A stretch of DNA of 64,000 bases from Candidatus Staskawiczbacteria bacterium RIFCSPHIGHO2_02_FULL_42_22. GTDB lineage: Bacteria; Patescibacteriota; Minisyncoccia; Minisyncoccales; Staskawiczbacteraceae. The notes under the pieces were generated by a model. That model saw only the letters and a list, made by a program, of their open reading frames with translations. It had not been told where the DNA came from and ran no database searches. Below are positions 22,224 to 31,892 of the stretch, one piece after another. Where the stretch lies: positions 8,578-72,577 of the forward strand of contig MHOT01000010.1 in the NCBI GenBank assembly GCA_001820175.1. Reading direction: 5' to 3'. The position numbers and the translations under genes were made by a program. The stretch's first letter is position 1. Each line of letters opens with the position of its first letter.

Positions 22224-24911
22224 ATGAATACCATTTTCCCTCACACGCTTTCGGTTCCTGAAGTAATTGAGGCACTGCAAACTAATACCGCCACTGGGTT
22301 ATCTTCGCAAGAAACCCAATTACGGCTGGAAAAATTCGGCCCCAATCAACTGGTTGCCGCAGTTCGCGTTTCTCCCTTTGCGCTTCTTCTGGGGCAATTT
22401 AAAAATTCTCTTATCATTATTTTGCTAGCCGCTACGGTATTTTCAGGGGTTTTGGGGCACACCGTTGAAGCAATCGCCATAGGAGTCATTATTTTATTTT
22501 CCGTAATTCTGGGGTTTGTTCAGGAATTTCGGGCGGGGAGAGCCATGGAAGCCCTATCGAAACTTGCATCTCCCACAGCATTGGTGTTTCGCGATGGGCT
22601 TGAATTGGAAATCCTTGCTGGCGACATTGTTCCGGGAGATATTATTATTATTTCTACCGGAGACCGTTTTCCAGCCGATGCCCGATTAATTAAAAAAACA
22701 AATTTAAAAGCCGATGAAGCGTTGCTGACCGGAGAATCACTGCCCGTGGAAAAAGAAAGCGATATGGTGTGCAAAAAAGATGCTGCGCTGGGTGACCAGC
22801 GTAACATGGTATTTGCCGGCACCAGTTGCAGTTACGGCCGCGGTCTTGCGGTGGTTACCACTACCGGCATGCAGACGGAATTTGGACGCATCGCTGGCAT
22901 GCTGGAGAGCGTTAAAAAAGAAGAAACGCCACTGGAAAAAAACTTGGATGACTTAGTAAGATCGCTTACTAAAGTAGCTTTTGTGGTAGTAACCATCGTG
23001 GTGCTTCTGGGGGTGTTTCGGGGCCAGCCGCTCTTGGAAATGATCATATTTGGCATTGCCCTGGCCGTGGCGGTGGTTCCGGAAGCGCTACCGGCTGTGG
23101 TGACTATTTCCCTGGCTATTGGCGTTCAGCGCATGATTAGGCGCCATGCCTTGGTGCGGCATTTGCCCGCTGTAGAAACGCTGGGGTGCACCAGTATTAT
23201 TTGTTCTGATAAAACAGGAACGATCACCAAAGACGAAATGACCGTAAAAAATATTTTTGTGGACGGGAAGGTAATTATGGTTGGCGGCAGTGGATATGAA
23301 CCGGTGGGAGAATTTTTATTTGATAATGCCCCGTACCCTTTTACAGAAGCGTTCCGGCTACTGCTTCAATCAGCGGTTCTTGCCTCTGACGCCCGGGTTT
23401 TGGAAAAAGACGGTGTCTGGCATATAAACGGAGATCCTACCGAAGGCGCCTTGATAGTTGCCGCCCAAAAAGCGGGTATTAAAAAAGAAATTCTGGACGA
23501 ACAATTTGTGCGGCTTGCCGAAATATCTTTTACATCCGAAAGCAAACGCATGACGGTGCTATGCCAAGGAAAAGAGGAAACCGCAGCTTACTCAAAAGGA
23601 GCTCCTGAAATACTATTGCAATCGTGCAATCGCCACTACACCAATGATGGAGTACAGCCGCTCACTAAAGAAATGCGCGAGGCGGTTTTAGGGACCGCTC
23701 ATCAATTTGCCGGCCAGGCCCTGCGGGTTATTGGCGTGGCTTTCGCGCCGGCAGACGATATTAATAAAGCCCAGCACGATATGATTTTCTTGGGCCTGTT
23801 TGGAATGATAGACCCTCCGCGAAGCGAAGCCAAACCGGCCATTGCACTGTGCCGCCAAGCGGGGATAAAACTCATGATGATTACCGGAGACCACCCACTG
23901 ACCGCCAAGGCCATTGCAACCCAGGTAGGTCTTTTGTCTGAAGGAGGAAGGGTGATTACCGGCAGCGAATTATTCGATTTAACCGATGACGAGTTGGAGG
24001 AAGAAGTTGATCATATTGTCGTGGCCGCCCGGGTCTCGCCCGAACATAAGTTACGCATCGTGCAAGCCCTGCAAAAACACGGCCACATTGTGGCCATGAC
24101 CGGCGACGGGGTGAATGATGCGCCCGCCATTAAAAAAGCCAATATTGGAATAGCCATGGGAATTGCCGGAACCGATGTTTCGCGGGAAGCCGCCGCCATG
24201 ACACTGGTTGACGATAATTTCGCCTCCATCGTTGCGGCTGTGGAAGAGGGAAGGATTATCTTCGACAATATTAAAAAATACCTGATGTACCTATTATCTT
24301 CAAATATTGGGGAAATCGGGCTGATGGTGGCGGCCTCATTAGTTGGTTTGCCACTGCCCCTTTCTGCTGTGCAAATTTTGTATGTCAACCTTGCCACCGA
24401 TGGCTTGCCTGCTCTGGCCCTTGCCATGGATCCTCCCTCACACGATGTAATGAAAAAGTCCCCCCGGAAACTAGACCAAGGTATTTTTACGCGTTCCGTG
24501 GTATTGTTAATGGTAGTGGGAGGAGCGTGGTCTGCTTTAGTTAATGTGTTACTATTTGCATGGTCTTTACGCACCGGATACACCTTGAAAGAAAGCATGG
24601 CACTGGTGTTTGTTTCACTGATTTTAATTCAATTTTTTAAGGCCTATAATTTCCGTTCTGATAAAAATTCGGTTCTCCGCCGCCCCTTTGCCAATCATTG
24701 GCTTAACATGGCCATTGCTTGGGAATTACTCATATTAATACTGGTGATATATATTCCTTTCTTGCAAATACCTTTCAAGACGCACTCTTTTTCATATTAC
24801 GAATGGTTGCTGGTGGTTGGCATCGCCCTTACGATTATACCAGTATTAGAAGCAACCAAATGGTTTTTACGTAAAAAAACAAAAAACATGACCTTAATAA
24901 CAAAATCCTAA
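22224..24911 (+). CDS. Cation-transporting P-type ATPase (type IIA Ca2+-ATPase-like)
   Basis: CSDKTGTIT, MITGDH, MTGDGVNDAPAIKKA; ATG 22224 chosen because the tracked 5' extension lies in the MITE. Confidence 0.9.
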   Translation: MNTIFPHTLSVPEVIEALQTNTATGLSSQETQLRLEKFGPNQLVAAVRVSPFALLLGQFKNSLIIILLAATVFSGVLGHTVEAIAIGVIILFSVILGFVQEFRAGRAMEALSKLASPTALVFRDGLELEILAGDIVPGDIIIISTGDRFPADARLIKKTNLKADEALLTGESLPVEKESDMVCKKDAALGDQRNMVFAGTSCSYGRGLAVVTTTGMQTEFGRIAGMLESVKKEETPLEKNLDDLVRSLTKVAFVVVTIVVLLGVFRGQPLLEMIIFGIALAVAVVPEALPAVVTISLAIGVQRMIRRHALVRHLPAVETLGCTSIICSDKTGTITKDEMTVKNIFVDGKVIMVGGSGYEPVGEFLFDNAPYPFTEAFRLLLQSAVLASDARVLEKDGVWHINGDPTEGALIVAAQKAGIKKEILDEQFVRLAEISFTSESKRMTVLCQGKEETAAYSKGAPEILLQSCNRHYTNDGVQPLTKEMREAVLGTAHQFAGQALRVIGVAFAPADDINKAQHDMIFLGLFGMIDPPRSEAKPAIALCRQAGIKLMMITGDHPLTAKAIATQVGLLSEGGRVITGSELFDLTDDELEEEVDHIVVAARVSPEHKLRIVQALQKHGHIVAMTGDGVNDAPAIKKANIGIAMGIAGTDVSREAAAMTLVDDNFASIVAAVEEGRIIFDNIKKYLMYLLSSNIGEIGLMVAASLVGLPLPLSAVQILYVNLATDGLPALALAMDPPSHDVMKKSPRKLDQGIFTRSVVLLMVVGGAWSALVNVLLFAWSLRTGYTLKESMALVFVSLILIQFFKAYNFRSDKNSVLRRPFANHWLNMAIAWELLILILVIYIPFLQIPFKTHSFSYYEWLLVVGIALTIIPVLEATKWFLRKKTKNMTLITKS

Positions 24912-24982
24912 ATTCTAAACTCTAAATCCTAAACTCTAAAACGACGTTCGTTTAGAATTTAGATTTTAGTATTTAGAGTTTC
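24903..24982. repeat. Word-stutter hairpin (CTAAAYY words)
   Basis: aaatcctaaattctaaactctaaatcctaaactctaaaacgacgttcgtttagaatttagattttagtatttagagtttc. Confidence 0.75.
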
Positions 24983-25000
24983 TTTTACGAAGTAAAAGCT

Positions 25001-26038
25001 ATGGATAACAAAAAAATACGGCACTATTTTCTACTCACGCTATTGGGCGGCGCCATAATTGCCACGTTCTTTGTATTACGCCCCATTATGTATGCTACGA
25101 TATTGGCTCTGGTATGTGCCATCGTCTGCTATCCTGTCCACCAAAAAATATTGCATCTGGCGGGTAATCGCCAGCGCTTGGCGGCCCTTGTGACGACCCT
25201 GTTAATTGTTGTCATTGTTTTGGTGCCACTCATTTTTTTAGGGATAAAGGTGTTTGCAGAGGCCCAGCAGCTCTACCTGTTTCTTGCGCGGGGTACCGGA
25301 AAGCACGCATTGGTGAATATTTCAGAAGGCCTTTTACATGGCCTTAAAAACTATGTTCCTTTTGGGCAATGGGCCTCCGCTGATATCGACCAATACGTCC
25401 AGCAAGGATTGCGGTGGCTCCTTAACCACCTGGGGTATATTTTTGGGAGCGCCGCCAAATTATTGCTGAACTTTTTTATCTTTATCATGGTGGTCTATTA
25501 TGCGCTCAAAGATGGCCATATGTTTAAGAAAGGCCTGATGGAATTAAGCCCCTTAACTGCCGATGAAAACGCGGTGATTCTCAAAAAAATTAACTTGGCC
25601 ATTCACTCTGTTATTAAAGGCAGTTTGATTATTGCCCTTATCCAAGGGATATTGACGGGGATAGGGTTTGCGTTATTTGGAGTTCCTAATGCGATGCTGT
25701 GGGCGATCCTGGCCACCATAACCTCGCTGATTCCGGGTATTGGGACTACCATTGTATTATTGCCGGCGGTCGCCTTTGTATTTGCCACAAAAAGCATCTT
25801 TTTAGCGCTGGGTCTTCTGGCTTGGGGAGGGTTTCTGGTGGGCCTTATTGATAACTTTTTAAAACCCAACCTCATTGGCAAGGGGGCACATATCCACCCT
25901 TTAATCATCTTTCTTTCGGTATTAGGAGGCATAGCATTTCTAGGCCCGATAGGGTTTTTACTGGGCCCTTTAACCATAAGTATCCTCCTTGCGCTCTTGG
26001 AAATTTATACCTCGTGGAGAAATAACCAAGAGGAATAA
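25001..26038 (+). CDS. AI-2E family transporter (PerM/UPF0118)
   Basis: Multi-TM profile with the characteristic long C-terminal GxxG-rich TM bundle. Confidence 0.7.
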   Translation: MDNKKIRHYFLLTLLGGAIIATFFVLRPIMYATILALVCAIVCYPVHQKILHLAGNRQRLAALVTTLLIVVIVLVPLIFLGIKVFAEAQQLYLFLARGTGKHALVNISEGLLHGLKNYVPFGQWASADIDQYVQQGLRWLLNHLGYIFGSAAKLLLNFFIFIMVVYYALKDGHMFKKGLMELSPLTADENAVILKKINLAIHSVIKGSLIIALIQGILTGIGFALFGVPNAMLWAILATITSLIPGIGTTIVLLPAVAFVFATKSIFLALGLLAWGGFLVGLIDNFLKPNLIGKGAHIHPLIIFLSVLGGIAFLGPIGFLLGPLTISILLALLEIYTSWRNNQEE

Positions 26039-26064
26039 TAATTCTAAAATTTCATAAAATCACT

Positions 26065-26093
26065 AAAAAAAGCCCTAAATTAAGGGCTTTTTT
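26065..26093 (+). terminator. Rho-independent terminator
   Basis: aaaaaagccctaaattaagggctttttt. Confidence 0.75.
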
Positions 26094-26104
26094 AGGCAGT
26101 TTCG

Positions 26105-26292
26105 AGGGTAACCCCTCTGTTCACCACCGTCATTGCGAGGAGTCCTGAACCGGAGACGGGGCGAATTTGTTGCGACAAATTACGCCTCGCGTCTGGACAG
26201 TGAAGGGCGACGTGGCAATCTCGTCGTTGTGTACGGAGATTGCTTCGTCATCTGCGCCTTCCTCGCAATGACGGTAGGTGCGAGGGGGTTAC
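26105..26292. repeat. GTCATTGCGAG repeat, copy R3 (outer arms gggtaacccctc/gagggggttac)
   Basis: Read directly. Confidence 0.8.
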
Positions 26293-26353
26293 TTTTGAAG
26301 TAGTTGACACCTGTGGATAACCGTGGCATAACTATTGACAAGCTTGCTTATAT

Positions 26354-26917
26354 ATGCTAGTATTAAGGTATGCTCCAGAAATGGAGTTTTTAAGTGAAAA
26401 AGAGGCATTTGGTCATATTATTAATAGTAATTATATGTATAAATCCCTTATTATTCGCTCTATTATTACCAGCATTATATCCTTTATTGTTGTGGTGCTT
26501 GCGCTGGCTATTCCCCATACTATCCATGCCGACCTAAATAACCTAAAGCCCGAAGCAAAACAACCAACCCTGGTCCACAATGGCCATCTAACTCTTTGCA
26601 AGTTAAATAAGGAAAATTACCATGTGGTCAAAACCATTAAAACCATAGTGACCGCTTATTCAAGCACTCCCGATCAAACCGATGATACGCCATTTATTAC
26701 TGCTTCAGGAAAGCATGTGGCAAATGGTGTTATTGCCTATAATAAGTTACCATTTGGAACCAAGGTGAGGATTCCGGAACTCTACGGTAATAAAATTTTT
26801 ACCGTATGGGACCGGATGCACCAGAGGATGAAACACTTTGATATATGGTTTGCCGATACTCAGGAAGCAAAAAACTTCGGAGCTAAAATTACTACCATAG
26901 AAGTGGTAGAAAGCTAA
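26354..26917 (+). CDS. 3D (DPBB) domain protein, membrane anchored
   Basis: TAYSSTPDQTDDTPFITASG....G.IA.N.LPFGTKVRIP; start uncertain (ATG near 26436 also possible). Confidence 0.65.
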   Translation: MLVLRYAPEMEFLSEKEAFGHIINSNYMYKSLIIRSIITSIISFIVVVLALAIPHTIHADLNNLKPEAKQPTLVHNGHLTLCKLNKENYHVVKTIKTIVTAYSSTPDQTDDTPFITASGKHVANGVIAYNKLPFGTKVRIPELYGNKIFTVWDRMHQRMKHFDIWFADTQEAKNFGAKITTIEVVES

Positions 26918-27000
26918 GAATCAAATAAAAAAACCCGCTCAACATGCGGGTTTTTGGTTGCGAGAATCTTCAGAAACCGTGGGTGATTTCTGAAGATGCG

Positions 27001-27357
27001 CTAGAATTCTCTCAGGGCGTCTGCCTGAGTAGCGACGATCTTGAAGAGGTGGTGAAAACGAGTTATTTCAAAGACCTCATAGATTTGAGGAGGAATTTGG
27101 CACAATACCAATTTGCCTCCGCGATCCGAAATTCTTCTTTGAATCCTGATGAATTTGGCGATTGCGGCGCTGGACATGTATTCAATATTTTCAAAATTGA
27201 CCACCATTTCGTGGGCACCAACATCAATAAGTTTGACCAATTCTCGACCCATGGCGTCAATATCTTCCTTTTTCATGATTTGATTATCAGGAAAGATCAG
27301 GGTAACCAGAGCCACATTTCCATTAAAGGCACATTCGGTAAATCGTGGTGGCGCCAT
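27001..27357 (-). CDS. STAS-domain anti-sigma-factor antagonist (SpoIIAA/RsbV-like)
   Basis: VALVTL.........D.MGRELVKLID.GAHEMVVNFENIEYMSSAAIAKFIRIQRRI...GGKLVLC.I.PQIYEVFEIT. Confidence 0.7.
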   Translation of the reverse strand: MAPPRFTECAFNGNVALVTLIFPDNQIMKKEDIDAMGRELVKLIDVGAHEMVVNFENIEYMSSAAIAKFIRIQRRISDRGGKLVLCQIPPQIYEVFEITRFHHLFKIVATQADALREF

Positions 27358-27399
27358 GTACAGTACCTCGCTTTCTTGGTTGTTAAAGGACAGAGCTAG

Positions 27400-27471
27400 T
27401 GTCCTCAGCAGGATTCGAACCTACATTACAAGATCCGGAATCTTGCGTCCTATCCATTGGACGATGAGAGC
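27400..27471 (-). tRNA. tRNA-Arg, anticodon CCG
   Basis: Anticodon stem CAAGA/TCTTG, loop TTCCGGA, T arm GTAGG-TTCGAAT-CCTGC; one C-A mispair in the acceptor stem. Confidence 0.7.
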
Positions 27472-27499
27472 TGTTAAAATAAGAAATTTTTTTCTGAGA

Positions 27500-27585
27500 T
27501 GGTGCCGAGGGAGGGACTTGCACCCTCAAGAGCTTTCACTCGCAGGATTTTAAGTCCTGTGCGTTTTCTATTTCGCCACCCCGGC
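27500..27585 (-). tRNA. tRNA-Leu, anticodon UAA (CCA encoded)
   Basis: Acceptor GCCGGGG/CCTCGGC, stem CAGGA/TCCTG, loop CTTAAAA, long variable arm. Confidence 0.8.
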
Positions 27586-27602
27586 AATAATTTAAAATCC
27601 TG

Positions 27603-27673
27603 AGGCCCGGATGGGAATTGCACCCATGTACACGGTTTTGCAGACCGTTCTCTGGCTACTTGAGTACCGGGCC
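27603..27673 (-). tRNA. tRNA-Cys, anticodon GCA
   Basis: Acceptor GGCCCGG/CCGGGCC, stem ACGGT/ACCGT, loop CTGCAAA, T loop TGCAATT. Confidence 0.8.
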
Positions 27674-28438
27674 ATACATTTTTAATGTTTCGAGTATGTT
27701 GTTATCAATTTTTCGATTACGATTTTGAAAATACTTTATAAAATTATCTCTTTTTCTCTTAAGAAACAAAGTATCTCCTAATTGATTGCCATAAAAAACT
27801 TGAAACCATCGCATGCTTTCTGAGGTTGAGTATTTTAGACGATACGCTCGACTACCAAAATACATCTTTCCACTTCTAAATCCCATACTTTCAAATTTAT
27901 TACGTAATCCTTCTAAGAATACTTTGCTGCCACTGGTAAAAATAACTGCTAGTCCCCTAGAAATTTCTTGGCCGTACTTTCCCTTTCCTTTCATAATATG
28001 CACACAACCATCTCCATCAAAATATCCTCTGACAAAATGACTTAAGCAATCCACGGGAATATCGTGGGGGAACTCAGTTATTAAAGATTTTCTAGGTGTT
28101 AAACCTAGCTTTAATAAATCTGCAAACATTTCTCGACTGCCAATCCTTAACCTAAAAGCTTCTCTACTTTTGTATGCTCCATTTAAATGGACGGCTATTC
28201 TCTCGGGCTTAATTTGGATCTTGTGATTCGAAGACAATGCTATCTTTATCTTTTCTATAATCTCCTTATCGGCACTATCAAAACTTACATATTGGGTTCT
28301 GGAAATAACTGAATCCATAATATTTCCATCCGCATACATAAATCCTAAAACATACGCCATTTCTGGTGTCCATGTTTTGAAAAAATCCTTATTGAATTGA
28401 TAACGATTGTGACCTCCGCGATGGTCTAAAGAAAACAT
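27656..28438 (-). CDS. LAGLIDADG homing endonuclease (two motifs), 3' end overlaps tRNA-Cys
   Basis: MAYVLGFMYADGNI and VRGYFDGDGCV; the last codons GPVLK* are the tRNA-Cys 5' acceptor/D-arm. Confidence 0.8.
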   Translation of the reverse strand: MFSLDHRGGHNRYQFNKDFFKTWTPEMAYVLGFMYADGNIMDSVISRTQYVSFDSADKEIIEKIKIALSSNHKIQIKPERIAVHLNGAYKSREAFRLRIGSREMFADLLKLGLTPRKSLITEFPHDIPVDCLSHFVRGYFDGDGCVHIMKGKGKYGQEISRGLAVIFTSGSKVFLEGLRNKFESMGFRSGKMYFGSRAYRLKYSTSESMRWFQVFYGNQLGDTLFLKRKRDNFIKYFQNRNRKIDNNILETLKMYGPVLK

Positions 28439-28469
28439 AATAGTGTATTATATTTTCTTTAATTCTAAC

Positions 28470-28853
28470 TTATTTTTCCTCTTTTTTCAAGGTTGCTAAG
28501 ATTCCTTCAATCTTGGCGGCACTGGCGATTTGGGTGTCCTTTACAAACCTGATGCGTGGAATAGGGCGCATATTCAGCTTTTTATTAATCTGTTGCTGGA
28601 TATCGTACACCTGACCATTAAGTATCTTAATTACCTGGTCAGTTTTTTCCTCGGGTAATACAGAAATATACCCCTTAGCTTCAATTAAATTTGGGGTGGT
28701 TTCAACTTTAGTTAGGGTAATTATGGTTCCATGAAAATCCCGCCCATCTTTGGATGGGCGAGGCTCGCCAAGGGCGGCAAAATCCCGCACCATAATCTGG
28801 CTGATTTCTTGCTCCAGGAGGGAATTGACTTTGTCGGTGCGATTCCTTGACAT
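28470..28853 (-). CDS. rbfA: Ribosome-binding factor A
   Basis: R..KVNSLLEQEISQI......ITLTKVE.T.NL.EAKGYISV. Confidence 0.8.
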   Translation of the reverse strand: MSRNRTDKVNSLLEQEISQIMVRDFAALGEPRPSKDGRDFHGTIITLTKVETTPNLIEAKGYISVLPEEKTDQVIKILNGQVYDIQQQINKKLNMRPIPRIRFVKDTQIASAAKIEGILATLKKEEK

Positions 28854-28885
28854 ATAATGTAATTTATACTATAATTATATCGTGT
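28814..28885. repeat. Direct repeat, copy 1 (authentic rbfA 5' end + promoter region)
   Basis: ccaggagggaattgactttgtcg...tttgacata...attatat repeated at 29348-29417. Confidence 0.7.
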
Positions 28886-28929
28886 CAATTTTCGTCTGCT
28901 TTCAGGCACCTTCTGTGTAGGAAAAAGAA

Positions 28930-29289
28930 ATGAGTGAACTCAGGAAATGGATCGTAACGATCGGAATCGCACTGGGAGCGATTTTGATCTATGTGTTGTT
29001 CTGCACAACAATGATGTTGGCCCTAAGTTTTCATAAGGGTCACTGGATTATGGCGGCTTTGATGGTCGCTATAGCTGTGCTCATTGGATATCAGGGCTAC
29101 AGATACGCCATCATGACCTATGGGGCTTGGAGGGCAGAAAAATCGCCTGACTACGAGCCATGGATCTTCTACGCATCGTTCATTTTCGAAAAATGGTCGT
29201 GGCGGAAATGCCTCATGCGTGCCGTACTTTATAGCGCTGTGAGTGTGGTCATTATCGGACTTGCCGCTGCGCTGGTCATTTTCATGTAA
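28930..29289 (+). CDS. Small integral membrane protein (GC-rich orphan)
   Basis: 119 aa, about 4 hydrophobic spans; followed by hairpin gcccgagattggtatatctcgggctttt. Confidence 0.5.
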   Translation: MSELRKWIVTIGIALGAILIYVLFCTTMMLALSFHKGHWIMAALMVAIAVLIGYQGYRYAIMTYGAWRAEKSPDYEPWIFYASFIFEKWSWRKCLMRAVLYSAVSVVIIGLAAALVIFM

Positions 29290-29347
29290 CGAAAATTCTC
29301 CGCTCTGACCATTGCCCGAGATTGGTATATCTCGGGCTTTTCTTTTT

Positions 29348-29417
29348 CCAAGAGGGAATTGACTTTGTCGATACGGTTTGACATAATATTTAATTTTTGC
29401 TATTATATATCCGTGTT
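29348..29417. repeat. Direct repeat, copy 2 (pseudo rbfA 5' end: MSNRIDKVNSLLEKE on - strand)
   Basis: Aligns with 28814-28885. Confidence 0.7.
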
Positions 29418-29452
29418 ACACCCCTCCTTTCTCAATTTCGGAGTTCTGTATC

Positions 29453-29653
29453 ATGAAAACGATTTATGAAAACCGTCTCCTTTCGGTGAGAATTGAAGAA
29501 GATAATCCCGGCATTGTTTTCGTTCACACGGCCGGAAAGGAACAACTCTATGTGATGGTATGTGCTGTTCCCAATGGGCTAATGGTTCAGATACCCCAAG
29601 AGTCCAAGATGGAACAATTAAGTAAAACGCAGCTCATTATCGAAGAAAAATAG
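29453..29653 (+). CDS. Hypothetical small protein
   Basis: 66-aa ORF followed by hairpin gatccgtttcgctcgaacggatc. Confidence 0.35.
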   Translation: MKTIYENRLLSVRIEEDNPGIVFVHTAGKEQLYVMVCAVPNGLMVQIPQESKMEQLSKTQLIIEEK

Positions 29654-29794
29654 ATGATGCCAAAGTAAGATCCGTTTCGCTCGAACGGATCTTTTATATT
29701 ACTTGTCTAAATGTAAATTTTAAAGATTGCTTCGCTGCGGCTCGCAATGACGGTTTAGAATAATTAGGTCAATTAGTATAATTAGAATAATTCG

Positions 29795-31360
29795 CTACAA
29801 AACTCCCTTCTGCCTCTCCTCCACATACGCCACCAAAATATCTTGCGGTTCCACTTTTACGTTACCTTCAAATAAAATGCCGCATTCGTCGCCTTTGACT
29901 AGGCGATCCATATCTTTCTTATCGCGCTGTAAATTGATAATTCTGCCTCCGCCCACTTTTTCAACTCCGCGCATGACATCAAGTTTTAACCCTTTTTTAA
30001 TTTCACCCTCGGTAATTTTACCGCCCACAATCTGGCGGTTTTTTTCGGCAAAAAAGATGATAATCGCTTTGATTTTGCCAATATCGCGGCGCACCGTTTC
30101 GGCTTCCAGCGATTTTTCCATGCCACTGCGAATTTCCTGAATAAGTTCATAAATAATGTCAAATGTTTTAATTCTGACGCGCTTGGTAGAATCTTTGCTT
30201 AAAATTTGCGAAACCTTAGGTGTAATTTTGACCCTAAAACCAATAATCACCGCTTTTGAATATTCGGCCAATTTCACATCGGTTTCGTTAATATCCCCCA
30301 CTTCGGTTTTTAATATCCGCAAGATAACTTGGTCTTGGGGCAAACTTTTTAACATGCCTTCAATGGCTTCAATGGACCCAGCCACATCGCCTTTCAAAAT
30401 AACATTGACGATTTTTTTGTCACCGGCAACTTCAAGAACTGTTCCGGCACCAGCCCTTTTTTGCGCTTGATTTTTAAGGTGCAAAGCCGCATCTTCAGCG
30501 AATTTGTAAGTGGCAAATGTTTCCCCCACCGCCGGCACTTTTTCAAATCCAAGTACCACCACCGGTTGGCTTGGAAGTGCTTTGTCTATGATTTTACCCG
30601 AAAAATCCTGGAGTAATTTGATTTTGGCCATGGCCAAATCCGTGGCAATAATGTCTTTGCCATGCAAGGTGCCTTTTTCGACAATCACCGTGGCAATCGG
30701 GCCTTTTAGGGCGTCCATGCGCGATTCTATTACTAATCCTTGGGCCGGTACATCAAGGTCGGCGCTTAAGCCCTGCATGTCGGCTACCAGTAAAATCATT
30801 TCCAGTAATTCGTCAATGCCGGTTTTATCTTTGGCAGAAACCTCCACTGAAGGAATAACACCGCCCATGCTTTCTACTAACACATCAATTTTTGCCAATT
30901 CCCGTTTTATTTTTTCCGGATCGGCGGTGGGTAAATCAATTTTGTTGAGCACCACGATCATGGGAATTTCTGCTTTTTTAATGGCGTTAATGGCTTCTTT
31001 AGTTTGGGGCTGGACACTTTGGGCGGCATCAACTACCAGCAGGGCAATGTCGGCGACGGAAGCCCCGCGTGTGCGCATAGCCGAAAACGCTTCGTGACCA
31101 GGGGTGTCAATAAAGGTAATTTTTTTACCAGTGTGTTCTACTTCGTAAGCCCCAATATGCTGGGTAATCCCACCCGATTCTTTTTTGGTGATATTAAAAT
31201 CCTTAATGGCTTCCAGGAGCGAGCTTTTGCCATGATCCACGTGCCCCAAAACCACCACTACGGGTGGCCGTTGCCATACCTGCTCAATTATTTTTTTTTC
31301 CGTGGCAGTAGGACGTTTTGGTTTTGCTGCGGGTTTTTGTTTTACCTGTTTTTTAACCAT
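29795..31360 (-). CDS. infB: Translation initiation factor IF-2 (short form)
   Basis: G-domain VVVLGHVDHGKSSLL, DTPGHEAF, NKID. Confidence 0.95.
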   Translation of the reverse strand: MVKKQVKQKPAAKPKRPTATEKKIIEQVWQRPPVVVVLGHVDHGKSSLLEAIKDFNITKKESGGITQHIGAYEVEHTGKKITFIDTPGHEAFSAMRTRGASVADIALLVVDAAQSVQPQTKEAINAIKKAEIPMIVVLNKIDLPTADPEKIKRELAKIDVLVESMGGVIPSVEVSAKDKTGIDELLEMILLVADMQGLSADLDVPAQGLVIESRMDALKGPIATVIVEKGTLHGKDIIATDLAMAKIKLLQDFSGKIIDKALPSQPVVVLGFEKVPAVGETFATYKFAEDAALHLKNQAQKRAGAGTVLEVAGDKKIVNVILKGDVAGSIEAIEGMLKSLPQDQVILRILKTEVGDINETDVKLAEYSKAVIIGFRVKITPKVSQILSKDSTKRVRIKTFDIIYELIQEIRSGMEKSLEAETVRRDIGKIKAIIIFFAEKNRQIVGGKITEGEIKKGLKLDVMRGVEKVGGGRIINLQRDKKDMDRLVKGDECGILFEGNVKVEPQDILVAYVEERQKGVL

Positions 31361-31443
31361 GCCATCATATTACTTCAATGCGGACCAAAATTCAACCTTG
31401 AACTGCTCCCTCTCTGTAATAATGCATTTAGGGGCCTAAGAAT

Positions 31444-31478
31444 AAAAAAGCCCCTCTCTGTTTTAGTACAGCGAGGGG
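31444..31478 (-). terminator. Rho-independent terminator of ORF 31494-31817
   Basis: cccctc...gagggg stem with T-run on the - strand. Confidence 0.7.
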
Positions 31479-31493
31479 TCTGCTGGAGTATGT

Positions 31494-31817
31494 CTAGAAC
31501 AATCCATAGTTTTCTTTCCATGTGGTAAGTGACTCACCATCAAGAACGGTAATAACATCCATCCGCCTTTTTTTAAGGACAATTAAGTATATTGGGTATG
31601 GCTTCCCATTGCTTTGAAGAGTTGCTTTTATAATTACCGTGGATCTTTTGGGGGATGGAAACTCTCGGGTAGCATTACGGACAAGACCACGTATCATTCG
31701 TCGAATTTCTTCATTGGTGAGATCGTCACCACCAAGGCACTGAAACCTCTCGCGAAACCTCATAACGGCGTGATCTGAGACAACAATTCCTCTCGGGTGT
31801 CGCGGAATACTTCTCAT
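31494..31817 (-). CDS. Hypothetical protein (GC-rich orphan)
   Basis: 107-aa ORF with own terminator; SDHAVMRFRER is faintly DUF4258-like, not asserted. Confidence 0.4.
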   Translation of the reverse strand: MRSIPRHPRGIVVSDHAVMRFRERFQCLGGDDLTNEEIRRMIRGLVRNATREFPSPKRSTVIIKATLQSNGKPYPIYLIVLKKRRMDVITVLDGESLTTWKENYGLF

Positions 31818-31892
31818 TGGAACTCCCTACTGAGTTTGAAAGGGCTAAAACAACTATATAATAAAATTATAAATTAGTCAAATTGCTCGGCG

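Noticed and set aside
26944-27399. 151-aa + strand ORF overlapping the STAS gene
   Set aside because: The opposite-strand 118-aa frame has a clear STAS/SpoIIAA signature. The + frame has none and runs into tRNA-Arg.
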